64,000 nt of DNA from Fistulifera solaris (Eukaryota), in NCBI GenBank assembly GCA_030295235.1, contig AP026127.1:930001-994000 (forward strand). The letters run 5' to 3'. The notes beneath the pieces were generated by a model that did not search any database, had not been told where the DNA came from, and was given only the letters and a program-made list of their open reading frames with translations. The position numbers and the translations under genes are program-made. Position 1 is the first letter of the stretch; each line of letters begins with the position of its first letter. Below are positions 45,371-58,159 of this stretch, piece by piece.

Positions 45371-47756
45371 TTAATCGACAGTTACTGCCTTGGCAAGATT
45401 TCGTGGAGTATCCGGGTTGATTCCTCTGAAAGAGAAAGTGTAAGTCCAACTACTTCTTCCACACTTGCACCGTAACCACACGAAACGTACCGTAACATGG
45501 CCAACTCGTATGAAATCAACTGTAGTGGAAGGACAGCACCCAACGCGGTCAATGGACCATTGTTGGGGATGATGATTGGATCGTCGTCCAAGTCACGGGC
45601 CAGTTCCGCCTTGTCGGTAATAATTATGACTTGCGCTCCGCGTGCTTTCACTTCTTCTGCCGCGGTACGCATGTGATGCGCGTGCTGATCGTCTAGAATC
45701 AACATGATAATGGGCGTGGCACCAAACTTCCCGTTGTTGTCATCTTCAATTAACGCAAATGGACCGTGCTTCAATGCGCCACCACTGTAGCCTTCAGCAT
45801 GCAAGTAGCACATCTCTTTAATCTTCAAAGCACCTTCCATAGCCACCGGTTCTCCATATCCTTTGCCCAAAACGAAGCAATGCTCCTTCGTATTAAGTTT
45901 TTGAGCCACCTTTTCACATTGTTGACGCGTTTTCAACGCCATACCGAACGTAATGGGCAATCGCATGAGTGCTTCCTTCAATTTGATGGCCTCAATACTG
46001 GGTGGATGACCTTCAATTTTGTCGCGCGTTTGACGGAACCACAGAGCAATCAATGCCAAGACGGTGACTTGTGTTGTGAACGCCTTGGTACTGGCCACGG
46101 CGTTCTCGCGTCCCGCATTGCAGTAGACACCCGCCTTGGTCGTTCGTGCGATCAAACTACCGACGGCATTGACGACACTAAGTACATTGATGCCACGATC
46201 CATGGCCGTATTGACAACACGAGCGACATCTTTCGTTTCACCACTCTGTGACACCACAATGAGTCCGGTGGATTCCGGATTCGACGGACACGGAAAATCC
46301 TTGGGTTCGGTTTCGGCCGCATCCAACGAATATACACTATCAAAACTACCCAATTGCTTCATGAGTCGTTCACCGTACTTGGATGCATTGAGACTGGTCC
46401 CACAGGCCGACAAGACCATGTGTTTGATTTGACTAAATCGATCAAAGTTCCCGTCCAATCCACCGAGGTTGATGTTGTCCGCCCCCAATCGTCCACCAAA
46501 TCCCATGGCCCGGGCAATGGCTTCTGGCTGTTCGTAACACTCCCGGAGTGTCCAGTGCGGATACGGCGCCGGACTGAGTTTGACATCTTGATCCGGTGCC
46601 TTTTGTTTGCGTTTCAAATCCAGTGACCGTCCGTCGGCATGCAACACACCAATTTCTCCATCCTTCATGGAAATGAAATTCTTGGTGTACCGATTGAATG
46701 CCGACGTTTCACTGGCAATGAAACAACGATCATCACCGATGCCAATCACGAGGGGTGAACCATTGCAAGCGACGACCAGTTCATCGGGCGAATCGACACA
46801 CATGATCCCCAACCCCCACGTGCCGTCACACTTTTGCAAGGCCTGTTCAGTGGCATCACGGAGTGTCATGCCGGGATTGTTCGCGTAGACGTGTCCAATC
46901 AATTTGGCAATGACTTCGGTGTCCGTTTGTCCTTCAAATTGGTGTCCGAGTGCTTGCAATTCTCGTCGTAATTCGTTGGAGTTGTTGAGCGTGCCGTTGT
47001 GGACTAACGCAATCTTCCCGGACGAATCGGTATGCGGATGGGCATTTTCGTCCGTTTTTCCACCATGTGTCGCCCAACGCGTATGCGCAATGCCCACCGA
47101 GTGTCCAACCGATGCTTGTGAATGATCACGGACCATTTCAATGGAATCGGCTTTTTCTCCGACACTGGCAAATTTGGTAATGGCCTACAAGAGGGACAAG
47201 AGAGTATGAGAAGAGGGGCGAACATTGAGAAAAGGGCTAGTGCACATGAAAGTAGCTTACCAATTTTCCACCTTGATTGTCCATGGTCGCAATTCCAGCA
47301 CTGTCATAACCGCGATTCTTCAAAATGGTCAATCCATCGACCAAAAAAGTCACTGTCGAAATGATATAAGAAAGAAAGACGAAAAGATATTCAACGTGAG
47401 AGTCCAGCTGAGCAAAAAAAGAAATAAAAAAACGAGAAACACCCGACTCTTTCTCAGTAACGGTTGCTCGCTTCATCACTCGATTCATTCGTTCGTTCGT
47501 TCGTTCGACGTACCGTGCTTCGACGCCTTTCAACGCCACAATTCCAGCAATTCCACAGCATTCGGCTTTTTTGTTGTTGTTCTTGTTGTTGTTGCCATAC
47601 CGCCATGGCCGTAACCGCCGCGGCCGCCATCATCCAAGAGTGATCGTTCTTGTTGTTGTTCGTCGAAGCCAAGGTCGAGAAAGCCGCCAACGTCGTCGGA
47701 CGTCTCGTCGTCATCGACTGGGCGAGCAGTTTTCGCGATGTCAACCAGAATGTCAT
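45371..47756 (-). CDS. GFAT: Glutamine:fructose-6-phosphate amidotransferase with an N-terminal targeting-like extension; 3 introns
   Basis: [65 protein letters not shown] and terminal [15 protein letters not shown]. Confidence 0.95.
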
Positions 47757-48312
47757 TTTCAAAGAGATAGAGAGAGCAATGGCTACGAAGGAGATGATTC
47801 AAGCAGCTAGCCTCTCACACACTGGAAAGGCAACGAATGAGCGAATAAAGATTAGACAACGATAACAATAATTATATCATTAGTCGCACGAAAAGCCAAC
47901 AAAGCCGGCGGGTCATCCTCGCATCCTGTTTCTCCCTCCAATAATGCCTGCATACAAGATACGCGGAGTCCCGAGCCCTTCATTGTACTGTCTTGGATCA
48001 AGTACAAGACGTTTTTCGCTCGACCAGATACAAGAATGTACCGTCCCTGACCGGTGGGATTTTGTTTCGTGATTGATTACCAGGTATTCACTTATTGGCG
48101 TCTGCGCGCTTTTTCGCACGCATCGCGTGACTCAAGAAAAGGTTCATTCACGTAATAAAGTAAAAGTCCCAAAAAATCGGGGTGTGAGGCGTCATCCAGT
48201 TGCCAGAAAGTATAGGACGAGTAGTGCTTTTGATTGTCATTAGTGCTGCAACAGACGTCCGCGCTTTTGCGATGCAAATGGCAAATAATCATGAATTCGT
48301 AAAGGCGCGTGT

Positions 48313-48592
48313 GTTTTTACTATAGGCTAAAGTGTTGGTTTCAGCGCAGTACGACTGCATTTCCGTCATGAATCATGAATCACAATTCGTTTAGGCACGA
48401 CTGCTGACTGCTACCTAACCTTTGTTCACTTTTCAATACAAATATTCTGAAATCGTCCTAATTAGAGAACTCTTTGTTATGCAATCGGCTATGTCTATGA
48501 CGTCGAAAAGGCTTGAAATTCATTGACGTTCGTTTTTACTATAGGCTAAAGTGTTGGTTTCAGCGCAGTACGACTGCATTTCAGTCATGAAT
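48313..48592. repeat. Local direct duplication of about 61 bp in the GFAT/PanK divergent spacer
   Basis: GTTTTTACTATAGGCTAAAGTG...GTCATGAAT at 48313-48373 and 48532-48592, with one mismatch. Confidence 0.85.
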
Positions 48593-48993
48593 GATCCTGC
48601 TACCTAACCGTTGTTAGCAATCAACACTATTAGCAATGCCAGTTGGCGAATCAAGAAGATGGGAAACGGCTTTTAAATCAACTACTTCTGTAATTACTGT
48701 CGGCTTTAAAATGTTGTGTCTCGTAAAGCACGAAGTTCATCTTCCACAGAAATTCTGGGGGTGTGGTGATTTCACTTGTCCAGAAAATCTGGAAATCGAG
48801 CGTGGACGTTTTGTGCTTTGCGGTTGCTGGAGAAAAAGATCGCAAAAGCCGCAACGACGACAATGAAGATCAATTAATCAATTAATTGCGTTTTATCAAC
48901 CTGGTTTATTCGTTCCTTTTTAAATCTCCTCTTGCACTTAATCAAATTCATTCTATCATTGGAGAGCCCGTGTTTGCTGGTGAATGAAATAAT

Positions 48994-51530
48994 ATGAATC
49001 ATAATATAACCAACTCGTTCTTGTCGCAAAGCATCGCTTCACTGACGATTCAAGAGGCACACTGGCCTGAAGCATGTCCCCCAGAAGAAGGGTTTCTTTC
49101 GGTTATTACTGGAAACACGCATTGTAAATTTGCTTATCATGATGGAAGTGATTATCGTCCTCGATCCTTTTGGAGGTACATTGTGTAGCGAGAAAAAGTG
49201 GGTAGCGAAATGAAATATGCATCTCACTCATCAACATTTTTCTCTTTGTTCTTTCTTTCTCATTAGAATTCCCGTCTCATCGTCGTCATCACACAACAAT
49301 CACACAAACAACCGAGACAGTTTTCTGGAATCGATTCCCCATCAAAGCATTGCCGCGCAAGCCTTGTGGAAATCACCAACGACTCCGCTGACCCGTGCCG
49401 CCATCTATCATTATCGCGTCACCGCGAAACGAGTGCCGGCCGTCACAATCTATCTCATTTCGACCAATTCCGTCCACGAAACCATTTTGGGACAATGGTT
49501 GCAAGGATTGCCCGTCCGATGCATACGATTGCGTCCGAAGGATGTCGTGTCCATGCCCTTGCCGTATCCGACCATGGGGATGGATCGATTTGTGGCGGCG
49601 CAAGCCGTTTCCACGTTTCCGGCTCTCATTGTCGACGGAGGAACGGCCTTGACGACTACCGTCATCAATGAAACCGGAAACATTGTCGGTGGAACAATTG
49701 CACCGGGATTGTATGCACAATGTCGGGCTTTGTATATGGGGAATTTGCCACTCTTGACTCCGGACGAATTACAACAGTTTATGGAACGAACCGAGCCGTT
49801 GCCGCTGTGGGCAACTAATACCAAAGATGCCATGTGGAATGGAGTGGTGCGGAGTACGGCGTTGTTGGTGCGAGCGGTGGTGCGAGATTTTTGCGGCAGC
49901 ATTCATTGCCGGCCAAGAATGGTCGAACGACCGCACATGTGATTGTGACAGGGTCGGATGGACCGTTCCTAATGAAATTGTTGAATTCCGAGTCATGTCA
50001 CCGACTGTTGGCGCAAATGCCCCGCGATGATGACTTTGTCTGCGATGACAGCATGATGAAATACAATCCACATATACTGCATGAGGGGATCACGCAGATT
50101 CTTTTGCAGCATCGAGTGAGTACTGATGTCGATGCGCCGCACTCGGAATGGACTGGATTGCGGGTAGCACGGAATGTTGGGCGTGGATATGTGGCTCGGG
50201 TCGAACGCACGGACAACTTGGGACAAGCTTTGTTTCATGTCCTCTATGATCATGGTTATGGCGAAATCTTGGGGGTGCTGGCATTCTACGGTATGTGTCT
50301 ATTGCTTGTTTTGTCGCAATGTATCAGTGTTTCTGACAAAAGGGCACTTCGGTAATTAGATGCTTTAATTCGATACAGTCTCAACGGAGAGAGTATCACG
50401 ACAGTCGACATGACAGAGAGTTCCGCTGTCGAACGAAAACAAAAGAATCAGAACGAGCCGCGGCTTTGCTAGTGGAAAGGTGTGCGGCCGTCAAAGAACA
50501 CAAGGAACGTACTATTGGTTCCCCTCCGGTGTTTAGTCCAGAAAAAGCTGTGCACGGAAATGCGTTATTGCCAGAGTACCTTATACCACACGGGCCACCG
50601 CCAGTATTCAGTCCAGGACGAGCCAATGCGCCACCGACTCGCAAACGCGGTCGACCTCGAGAGAGCTCTCTGTCCCCGCAGCCGCTTCCGAATGGGGCGA
50701 TTGCAACAGGAATGAGCGGAAACGGCTTGTCACCGCAACCAACTAGTATCCCACGTAAACGCGGGCGACCTCGAAAGAACCATCTGTCCCCGACTTCGAT
50801 TCCGAATGGGGCGATTGCTGGAACAAACGGGAATGTTTCGGTATCGCAACTGAGTAACACGCCACGCAAACGCGGTCGACCTCGAAAGAATCCTCTGGCG
50901 CTGCAGCCAGTTTTGAATTCGAATGGAGCGTCTGTACCAGGGACGAATGGGAACGTTTTGTTATCGCAACCGAGTAGTACTCCGCGCAAACGCGGTCGAC
51001 CTCGAAAGAGTTCTTTGTCCCTGCGACCGATGTCTAATCAGAATGCCGTAGCAGGAACGATCGAGGGCGGTGCCTCGCAACCGAATAGTATACCGCGGAA
51101 ACGAGGTCGACCGCGCAAAGATTCGATGCCTACAAATAAGCCAATGCCGAGTCCAAATCGAGCTTCAACAATGGAACCAAATGACGATGCAATGGCGTCG
51201 CAGCAGCAGCAACAGCAGCCGAGTACGCCACGCAAAGTTGGTCGTCGTCAAAAAGATCCTTTGAGTTCAAACAAACAAGATCGAAGGCGAAAAGAGTTTC
51301 GAAACACCCTACCTGACGGTGTCCTACCGACGGATTATGTGAAACGCCACGTAGCTAAATTCTTTGGGGATGAAAACACGCTGTTTTACGGAAAAGTCGA
51401 GTCGTACGATCCGGAGAGTCAATATTGGAAAATCGTTTACGACGACGGAGATGAAGAAGAAATGGAGTTCTACGAACTAGTTGTGCAATTAAAATGCTAC
51501 GAAGAGAATAATGAGCAGAACCATGCTTGA
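48994..51530 (+). CDS. Type III pantothenate kinase (CoaX-like) fused to Tudor-like, 5 AT-hooks and a second Tudor-like domain (2 introns, 2 homopolymer frameshifts)
   Basis: Kinase motifs SVITGNTHCK, GMDRF, LIVDGGTALT, GGTIAPGL, NTKDAM.NG and VIVTGSDG. Then LFHVLYDHG, five RKRGRPR, and VAKFFG..FYGKVESYD..WKIVYDDGDEEEM. Confidence 0.75.
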
Positions 51531-52144
51531 GATGTTGATAGTCTATTCTTTACGACAACAGCTAACCTAGATCGATAGAAGACGAACCTGGGAACTAAAT
51601 CGGAGTTCTCATCTTATTTGACTCTGTTTTAGTTAAATGAGTAGAAATTTTAGTTTGATTTTCACTGAAAGCCTTAGCTCTCTCGCTCGAGTGACCACGT
51701 ATTTTGTCGTCAGGCGCGGAGAGAGTTAGTACCATTTAATTCCCAACGGAAAAGGATCGTGTTAAATAGTCTAAGTCTTACATATCGCTTATAGAGTTCC
51801 TTTCCTGACACTGACTCAACAAGTACCACAGCACATTACTTCATGATTCCGTTCGACCAAAACTCCCCCTTCCGCACAACGTGTTTTCCCACGATCGCTC
51901 CCTACCAGTACGAACGATCCTCGCTGTCACAAAGAAAGAGGTGCAGGAGTGTTTGAGGTAAAAGAGCTATTTTGCTGCAAAACACTTTTATTCCTTTCGA
52001 TTCGAATGTTGAACTCTTCAAGCCAAAAAGAAAGGACAAGGTTGTATAGTGAACATCTCACAAATAGATAGGGTACTTTTTTGCGCACTTGAATGACAAG
52101 CGGAGAGTGAGAGGTGTTATTAACTTCCTTCATCCGCCGACCCC

Positions 52145-53380
52145 ATGTCTGGAAAGAGTTATGTGTGGCGTACGGCTGCGATTCTTGTTGTAATGGGCCA
52201 TGTGATTCTATTCGCAAGTCGATCGTTACCTTTTTTCAGTATACCGCGACAATCGCAGCAACGCCAGCTGTCGACAAACGAATCTCGAACGTGCTCGCTT
52301 TCCGAGGAAACATTACGTTTCCAGTTTCATGAATGGACTAAGACCTATCGTCTCGTCTCGGACGGAACAACCGCCGATGAACGATGGAAATGGACCGTTG
52401 ATAATTCCTTCAATCAATCTGTAGCGAACAAGGGGACAAATATTTCAAATAAGAACGAGACGGACCGACTGTTACAAGCCGAAAACAGCAACAATACGAC
52501 AACGAGTCCGATGACGTTGCGCAGCTTTTCACAAACCAACGGAGCTATTATTGAAGTACGCGCGTGCTGGTGCGCCGAAGCCTATCTGGATCGGCCTATT
52601 GAATATTGCCCCGCCAGTTTTGATACATGTCTCGTACGAGGTGAGGAAGGCTTGGTGTCGTGCTACACGAGTACCGGATCTCATGGTTTTATGAGTAGCT
52701 TTTGGCCATTGGCGTCGTTCTGGATTGTGGCGTTGGGTTATGCTTTGTCATGTACGGACGGAGGTACTTGGGCGCGACAATTTATCCGGCGGATACTGGC
52801 GCATCCTTCGGAAGGGCAAGTCATGTTGGAGGAAAATTTGGATCAGTTGCTGGAGGATCGACCCGAACACGCCGTCTTTTTTATATCGACAAGCAGTCAT
52901 GCGGATACGACAAGCCTATTTGGAACCGAGACGGCGGCGGGAATGGTTTTCAACCTCGAGTGATTCGGATGGATCGCACGCGACGCCAGATGAAGGGGAC
53001 TTTTGGAGGCTCCTCGCGATACATTAATATTGAAAGTCACGACATATGGTGAACCATCGTTTAATGTACAGCGAACGCCATCCGTGGCGAGGAATAGCAC
53101 GACATCATGGCGTCATGATCAAGTTACTTTTCAGCAAATGGACAGTCAAATGGAACAAGGGCTCCGATGTGCCATTTGTTTGGTGCGACTGGAGCAGGGA
53201 GATGTCGTCGGAAATATTCCTTGTGGCCATGTATTTCACAAAGCTTGCTTAAAAAGCTGGTTACCGCAAGCCAATCGGTGTCCCCTGTGTCGGCACCCCG
53301 ATATTGCTACTTTACGGACGCGTCGCCCCACGGCGCAACAAACGTCTGTAAGCGAACTTTCAATTGCTCAAATTTATTAA
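52145..53380 (+). CDS. Membrane-anchored RING-H2 E3 ubiquitin ligase (frameshifts near 52880 and 53000)
   Basis: Signal or TM segment, a Cys-containing lumenal part, a second TM, and C-terminal CAIC..IPCGHVFHKAC..W..CPLC. Confidence 0.8.
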
Positions 53381-54123
53381 ATTAGAACTTTTTTACAAAA
53401 AACTTACAAAAGTAGCGACAAAACTCACAGGGATCAGCCTGTTCGGCGGTTAAATAATGCTAAAAAACTAGGGATAAAAGAGGAAATAAGGAGGAGACAT
53501 CGCGATCTCCTGTCCGTCAACTGCGCGGAACGAGGCTGTTCAGTCGCCTGCCTGGCCACCAGCTTCCAACTTCAACGCGGAGTCGAACCTCAGCCTACGC
53601 CAAGGATCTACCGCAACAGTCAACCACGAGGAGACGATGCTGAAATTTGCGAAAATCTGGATTTACATAAAATGCTAATATTGTCGCTTCTCGTGTCTCG
53701 TGTTGCCGCAATGTGACGTTTGTGACATTTTCTTATGGCATCCTTCACGACTCACGACTAAAATTTTAGGCTTCTGCGCTTAGTACTTCTCATGGCAGTT
53801 TTGGGTCCCGGGTTTCCTTTTTCATTAACGGTCGTCACACGTCGAGATAGTGCAAAGTAAAGTTACTACGGAGTACTACTGTACCGTACCGTACCGTACC
53901 GGGTACCAGTACCGGTACCTGGTACAAGTAGCTTCAAGCTTCAAGGATGGGGGATGGGCTATGACTATGACATGAGAGACGTGACACATGACGATACATC
54001 GATGAAAAAATGAGACCCTTCGATCTTTGCGATTGCGAGCTTGATTTTTGATCTTTGCCCACTCGCCACACGCTTGCCCATTCAATTGTTGATTTTATAA
54101 ATCAAGCTACAAGATCCAGCAAA

Positions 54124-54738
54124 ATGACAATCCGTTCTCTTCTTTTCATTATCCTAGCGTGTGCCCTTCCGAAGCCTGCGGAGCCCGTGCTCTGCGCCAT
54201 TGTCAAACAAAACATCGGCGGAGACAATTTCAATTGTCGCAACCGACCCGACTTAAACTTGTTGGGAGGACCTGGATGTCATGTTTCCTGTTTGGCCAAG
54301 AACTCAACGTGCACGGAGCTAGGAGATGAAGGTGAAGTCTGCGGAAAACTCCGCATACGTGTAGGATTCTATGCTCTAGGAAAGGTCGTTTACCAGTTCT
54401 GCATCATTCCAGACGGCGGCTTCTTGACAGGCTACTTCGGCCGATATTGCTTAACCCTGCGATACTGTGCCGTGCGACGCCGCGCATGCGGTTGCCGTAT
54501 CGTCGCCGATGGGAGACCCTGCCGCTGCCGAATCGAGACAAACAATGGAAATCCTGAGGCTGTTGGCAATTGCCCTTTCATTGACCAGGATAATACGACG
54601 AACATTATGACAGCCTATTTGCCAAGTGATGAAGACATTGAAGAGGATATTGAGATGTATATTACGGATGATGCGGCTGCGGAACAATTCAATGATGCGT
54701 ACGCGTTGTTTCTTGAACATTTGGCCTCGCTCGAGTGA
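54124..54738 (+). CDS. Secreted Cys-rich protein with acidic tail, paralog A
   Basis: Signal peptide, a 14-Cys basic domain and an Asp/Glu-rich C-terminus; paralogous to the gene at 55325. Confidence 0.75.
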   Translation: MTIRSLLFIILACALPKPAEPVLCAIVKQNIGGDNFNCRNRPDLNLLGGPGCHVSCLAKNSTCTELGDEGEVCGKLRIRVGFYALGKVVYQFCIIPDGGFLTGYFGRYCLTLRYCAVRRRACGCRIVADGRPCRCRIETNNGNPEAVGNCPFIDQDNTTNIMTAYLPSDEDIEEDIEMYITDDAAAEQFNDAYALFLEHLASLE

Positions 54739-55324
54739 ATCATCGACTTCCATCTTCCATTGATGTTCTTTGTGGAGCGCAGAATGAAATTAATTGTTAG
54801 GTGTTAGGTAGTTCTGGTTCTTTAGTAGTGAGATGTCTTCTTACACTATTCCGATACAAAATAATGGCGACGCATTAGTTCGTAGCCCGTCGGTCTGGTG
54901 ACTTGGGACCAGAAACCAGAATGAATCGGAGATCCGAGATCCGTGGTCCGTTGTCCGTTATCATTCTACCTCATACCTCTTTCCTCTGCGCTTTTTCCTG
55001 CATTGCAAACTGAATAAAAATAATGCACAGACGGTACGGGTACGGTTTTGTACCGTACGGCGAGAACGCGAGAACTGAGAACGCGATGGCGGAAAAACAG
55101 TTTCTACTCGGATAATAATCTAAAGAGTAGTCTAAAAAGGTAAAGTTTCCAGTGAATTTTTAGAGTACTGAATACTGTCGAACCGAAAACAGACGCCTTG
55201 ACCCGGGTTCCTTTTCTTCGAAGATCATGAACAAAAGGATTGACAAATACTGTAATTGACTGCCCCAGTATTTTTTACTCGACCATTGAAACCACAAGTA
55301 CATTAGCATCACGAAAACTTAAAC

Positions 55325-55948
55325 ATGAAAGTCAACCCCTTCCTCATCCTCCTTGTCACCTTCAGTCGGCTCATCCCGACAGCGTCCGTGGTCTGTCGCC
55401 TCATTGCGGATGATTTCGAAAACGAATTGGTATCGTTCAACTGTCGCAATCGTCCTGACTTTAATCTGTTGGGTGGTCCGGGGTGTCAGTTCACCTGCCT
55501 AGCCAAGAACTCAACGTGTTCCGAACTGGATGGCAATGAAGTTTGTGGCAAGTTTCGTTTTCGCGGCGGGTTCTATGCCTTTGGGAAGACCGTGGCAGAA
55601 TTCTGCCTCATCCCAGACGGTGGGTTTCTGGCGGGGCGATTCGGTCGTTATTGCGTAACTTTTCGAGTATGCCTCCTTCAGGGGGGGTCTCTGTGGTTGC
55701 CGCGTTGTCGCTGATGGACGGCGTTGCCGATGCCGTATTGAGACTGTGGATGGAGAACCCACACCGGTTTCGAACTGTCCTTTTACACCAATGATCCAAG
55801 TCAACCAGAACGTTCTGCGGCGGGATTCTTTCCGAGTGAAAGTGAATTTGAAGAAGAAATGTCATTGATTGTTGATGATGATGGGTTGCAGTATAACATC
55901 GAAGAAGCATACTCGGCTTTTCTCCATCTTTTTGGGTCGAAGAAATAA
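55325..55948 (+). CDS. Secreted Cys-rich protein with acidic tail, paralog B (homopolymer frameshifts near 55685 and 55783)
   Basis: FNCRNRPDFNLLGGPGC..CLAKNSTC is shared with paralog A. The corrected frame ends ..FFPSESEFEEEM..AYSAFLHLFGSKK*. Confidence 0.7.
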
Positions 55949-56329
55949 AATGAATGAATGAGCCCTCGATAATCCTCATCCCTCGCACTCTCGGGGCCGT
56001 TGGCACGCTTTGAATGTCGTCTTTTCATCTTTCACGTTTTGTATCTAAATAATGCATTAGGAGATTTAGGTAATGCTTTCTCAACGGACTTAAAGAAGTC
56101 TCTTTACACTCGATTATAAAGTAGCGGACCACGTATCAAAAAGACGACGTGGAAAGAGCGCAAGAGAAAAAAGATCCACGACCCGGCGACTTCATTCGGA
56201 ACGTTGCGAACACGCGAGAAAAGATCGCTTCATTGTCACGTGTCGCTTATATGCAGCAAAGCATTCGACGTGCTCGAGCAATCGTTCAGCCTATTTCTTG
56301 ATATTATTCAATTGAAATCCCTTAGCACC

Positions 56330-58159
56330 ATGTCAGACGATAGAACGCTTGTCGAATATTTCGCGGAAGTTACCGTCCCCAAGATGGGCGATCGCATTTT
56401 CATGACGCAGCCCATGGGAGGAGACAAGGTCAATACATACACTTTCAAGCAAGTTCTCGAAGCAGCCAAAAAGGTCGCCGGGTACATTGAAGGTTTGCAG
56501 CTGCCTCCAAAGTCGCAAATTGCCATTATGAGCAAGAATTGTGCTTGGTGGATCATTGCTGATTTGGGTATCTGGATGAGCGGGCACGTCTCGGTGCCGG
56601 TGTACCCCACATTGACCGCGGAAACGACCAAATTCATTTTGGAGCACTCGGAGTCGAAGCTGTTGTTTGTAGGAAAGCTCGATGAACACCCGTGGAAGGA
56701 AATGAAGAACGGTATTCCCGACGGACTCCCCACAATCTCGTTCCCGCTCTGCCCCGAGGGTCAATGTGCGGAGAAGACTTGGAAAGAAGCTTTCTCGAAG
56801 GCGACACCGATCGCTACTCCGGTCAAGCGCTCCTTGGATGAAATGGCTACCATTATCTATACTTCGGGTAAGCATTCCGTTAAATACGATTGTTCATGAA
56901 AGTATGCTTAAGAACTCAACTCATTTTTCTTTTTCACAGGATCGACGGGAAATCCCAAGGGGGTCATGACGAGCTTCAAAGCCATGCGCGATACGACCGA
57001 GGGACTTGTAAAGGTCCTCAAAGTAACCAGCAATGATCGTTATTTGTCGTACTTGCCCGTGGCTCACGGTATGGAACGTTGGATTGGAGAAGTAAGTGTT
57101 TGTCTCGTTGCTGTCGTTCAAAGATAGGATCATAAACTCAAGCTTTGTCGTGACTTGCAGTGCATTCCTTTGTATTCGGGAGAACACCTCTACTTTGCCG
57201 AATCGCTCAACACGTTTGTTGCGGATCTGAACCGGTGTCGTCCTACTTTGTTCCTTTCGGTCCCCCGTCTCTGGACGAAATTCCAAGCCGGTGTATTCAC
57301 TAAAATGCCGGAGAAGAAGCTCAGCACGCTGTTGAGCATTCCTTTGATCAGCTTTCTCGTCAAGAAGAAAATCCTCAAGGGACTCGGTCTTGACTGCGTT
57401 CGCTACGCTGGTTCTGGATCGGCCCCAATCCCTGCTGAGCTCATTGCTTGGTATCGTCGCCTTGGTCTTGAATTGTTGGAAGGATACGGTATGACGGAAA
57501 ACTTCAACTACTCGCACGTCAGTCGCCCCGGAAAGTCACGCGTTGGTTATGTGGGTAACACATACGATGATGTCGAGCATCGTATTGCCGAGGACGGAGA
57601 GATTCAGGTCAAGACCCCTGGCAAGATGATGGGATACTTCAAAAACGAAGAAGCCACCAAGGAGGCTATTACGGATGATGGATGGGTCCGCACGGGCGAC
57701 AAAGGAGAAATTGACGCACAAGGGCGTCTGAAAATCACGGGCCGCACCAAAGACATTTTCAAAACAAGCAAAGGAAAATACGTCGTACCTGCTCCCATTG
57801 AGAATCAGTTTGTCGCGAACCATTTGGTTGATTTGGCGTGTGTCTGTGGACGATCGGCCCCGCAACCGCACGCCATTCTCCAATTGTCGGAAGGACCCAA
57901 GGCCAAAGCCGCAAATGCAGCCGACCGTGAAGCTATGGGCAAGGAGCTGGAAGAGTATTTCACAAAGACGATCAATCCGTCGTTGGATGCCCACGAGCAT
58001 TTGGACTTTATTGTGATTGTCAAGGATGATTGGCTTCCCGAAAACGGCTTTTTGACTCCTACTCAGAAGATCAAGAGAAGCTTCATTGAAGATGCCTATG
58101 GCTCGAAAGTGGATGCGTGGTATGCGGAAAAGAAGAAAGTCATCTGGTATGGATGGTAG
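56330..58159 (+). CDS. Long-chain acyl-CoA synthetase (AMP-binding), 2 introns
   Basis: IIYTSG|STGNPKG, YLSYLP.AH, EGYGMTE, DGWVRTGD, TGRTKD..KGKYV.P and LTPTQKIKR. Confidence 0.93.

Noticed and set aside
50396..50989. Antisense ORF with RGRPR repeats
   Set aside because: It arises because the CGCGGTCGACCTCG coding sequence of the sense AT-hooks is nearly self-complementary.
53872..53925. GTAC cluster as a copper-response element
   Set aside because: GTAC CuREs depend on green-lineage SBP-domain factors and nothing here supports copper regulation. The cluster is kept only as part of the palindrome finding.
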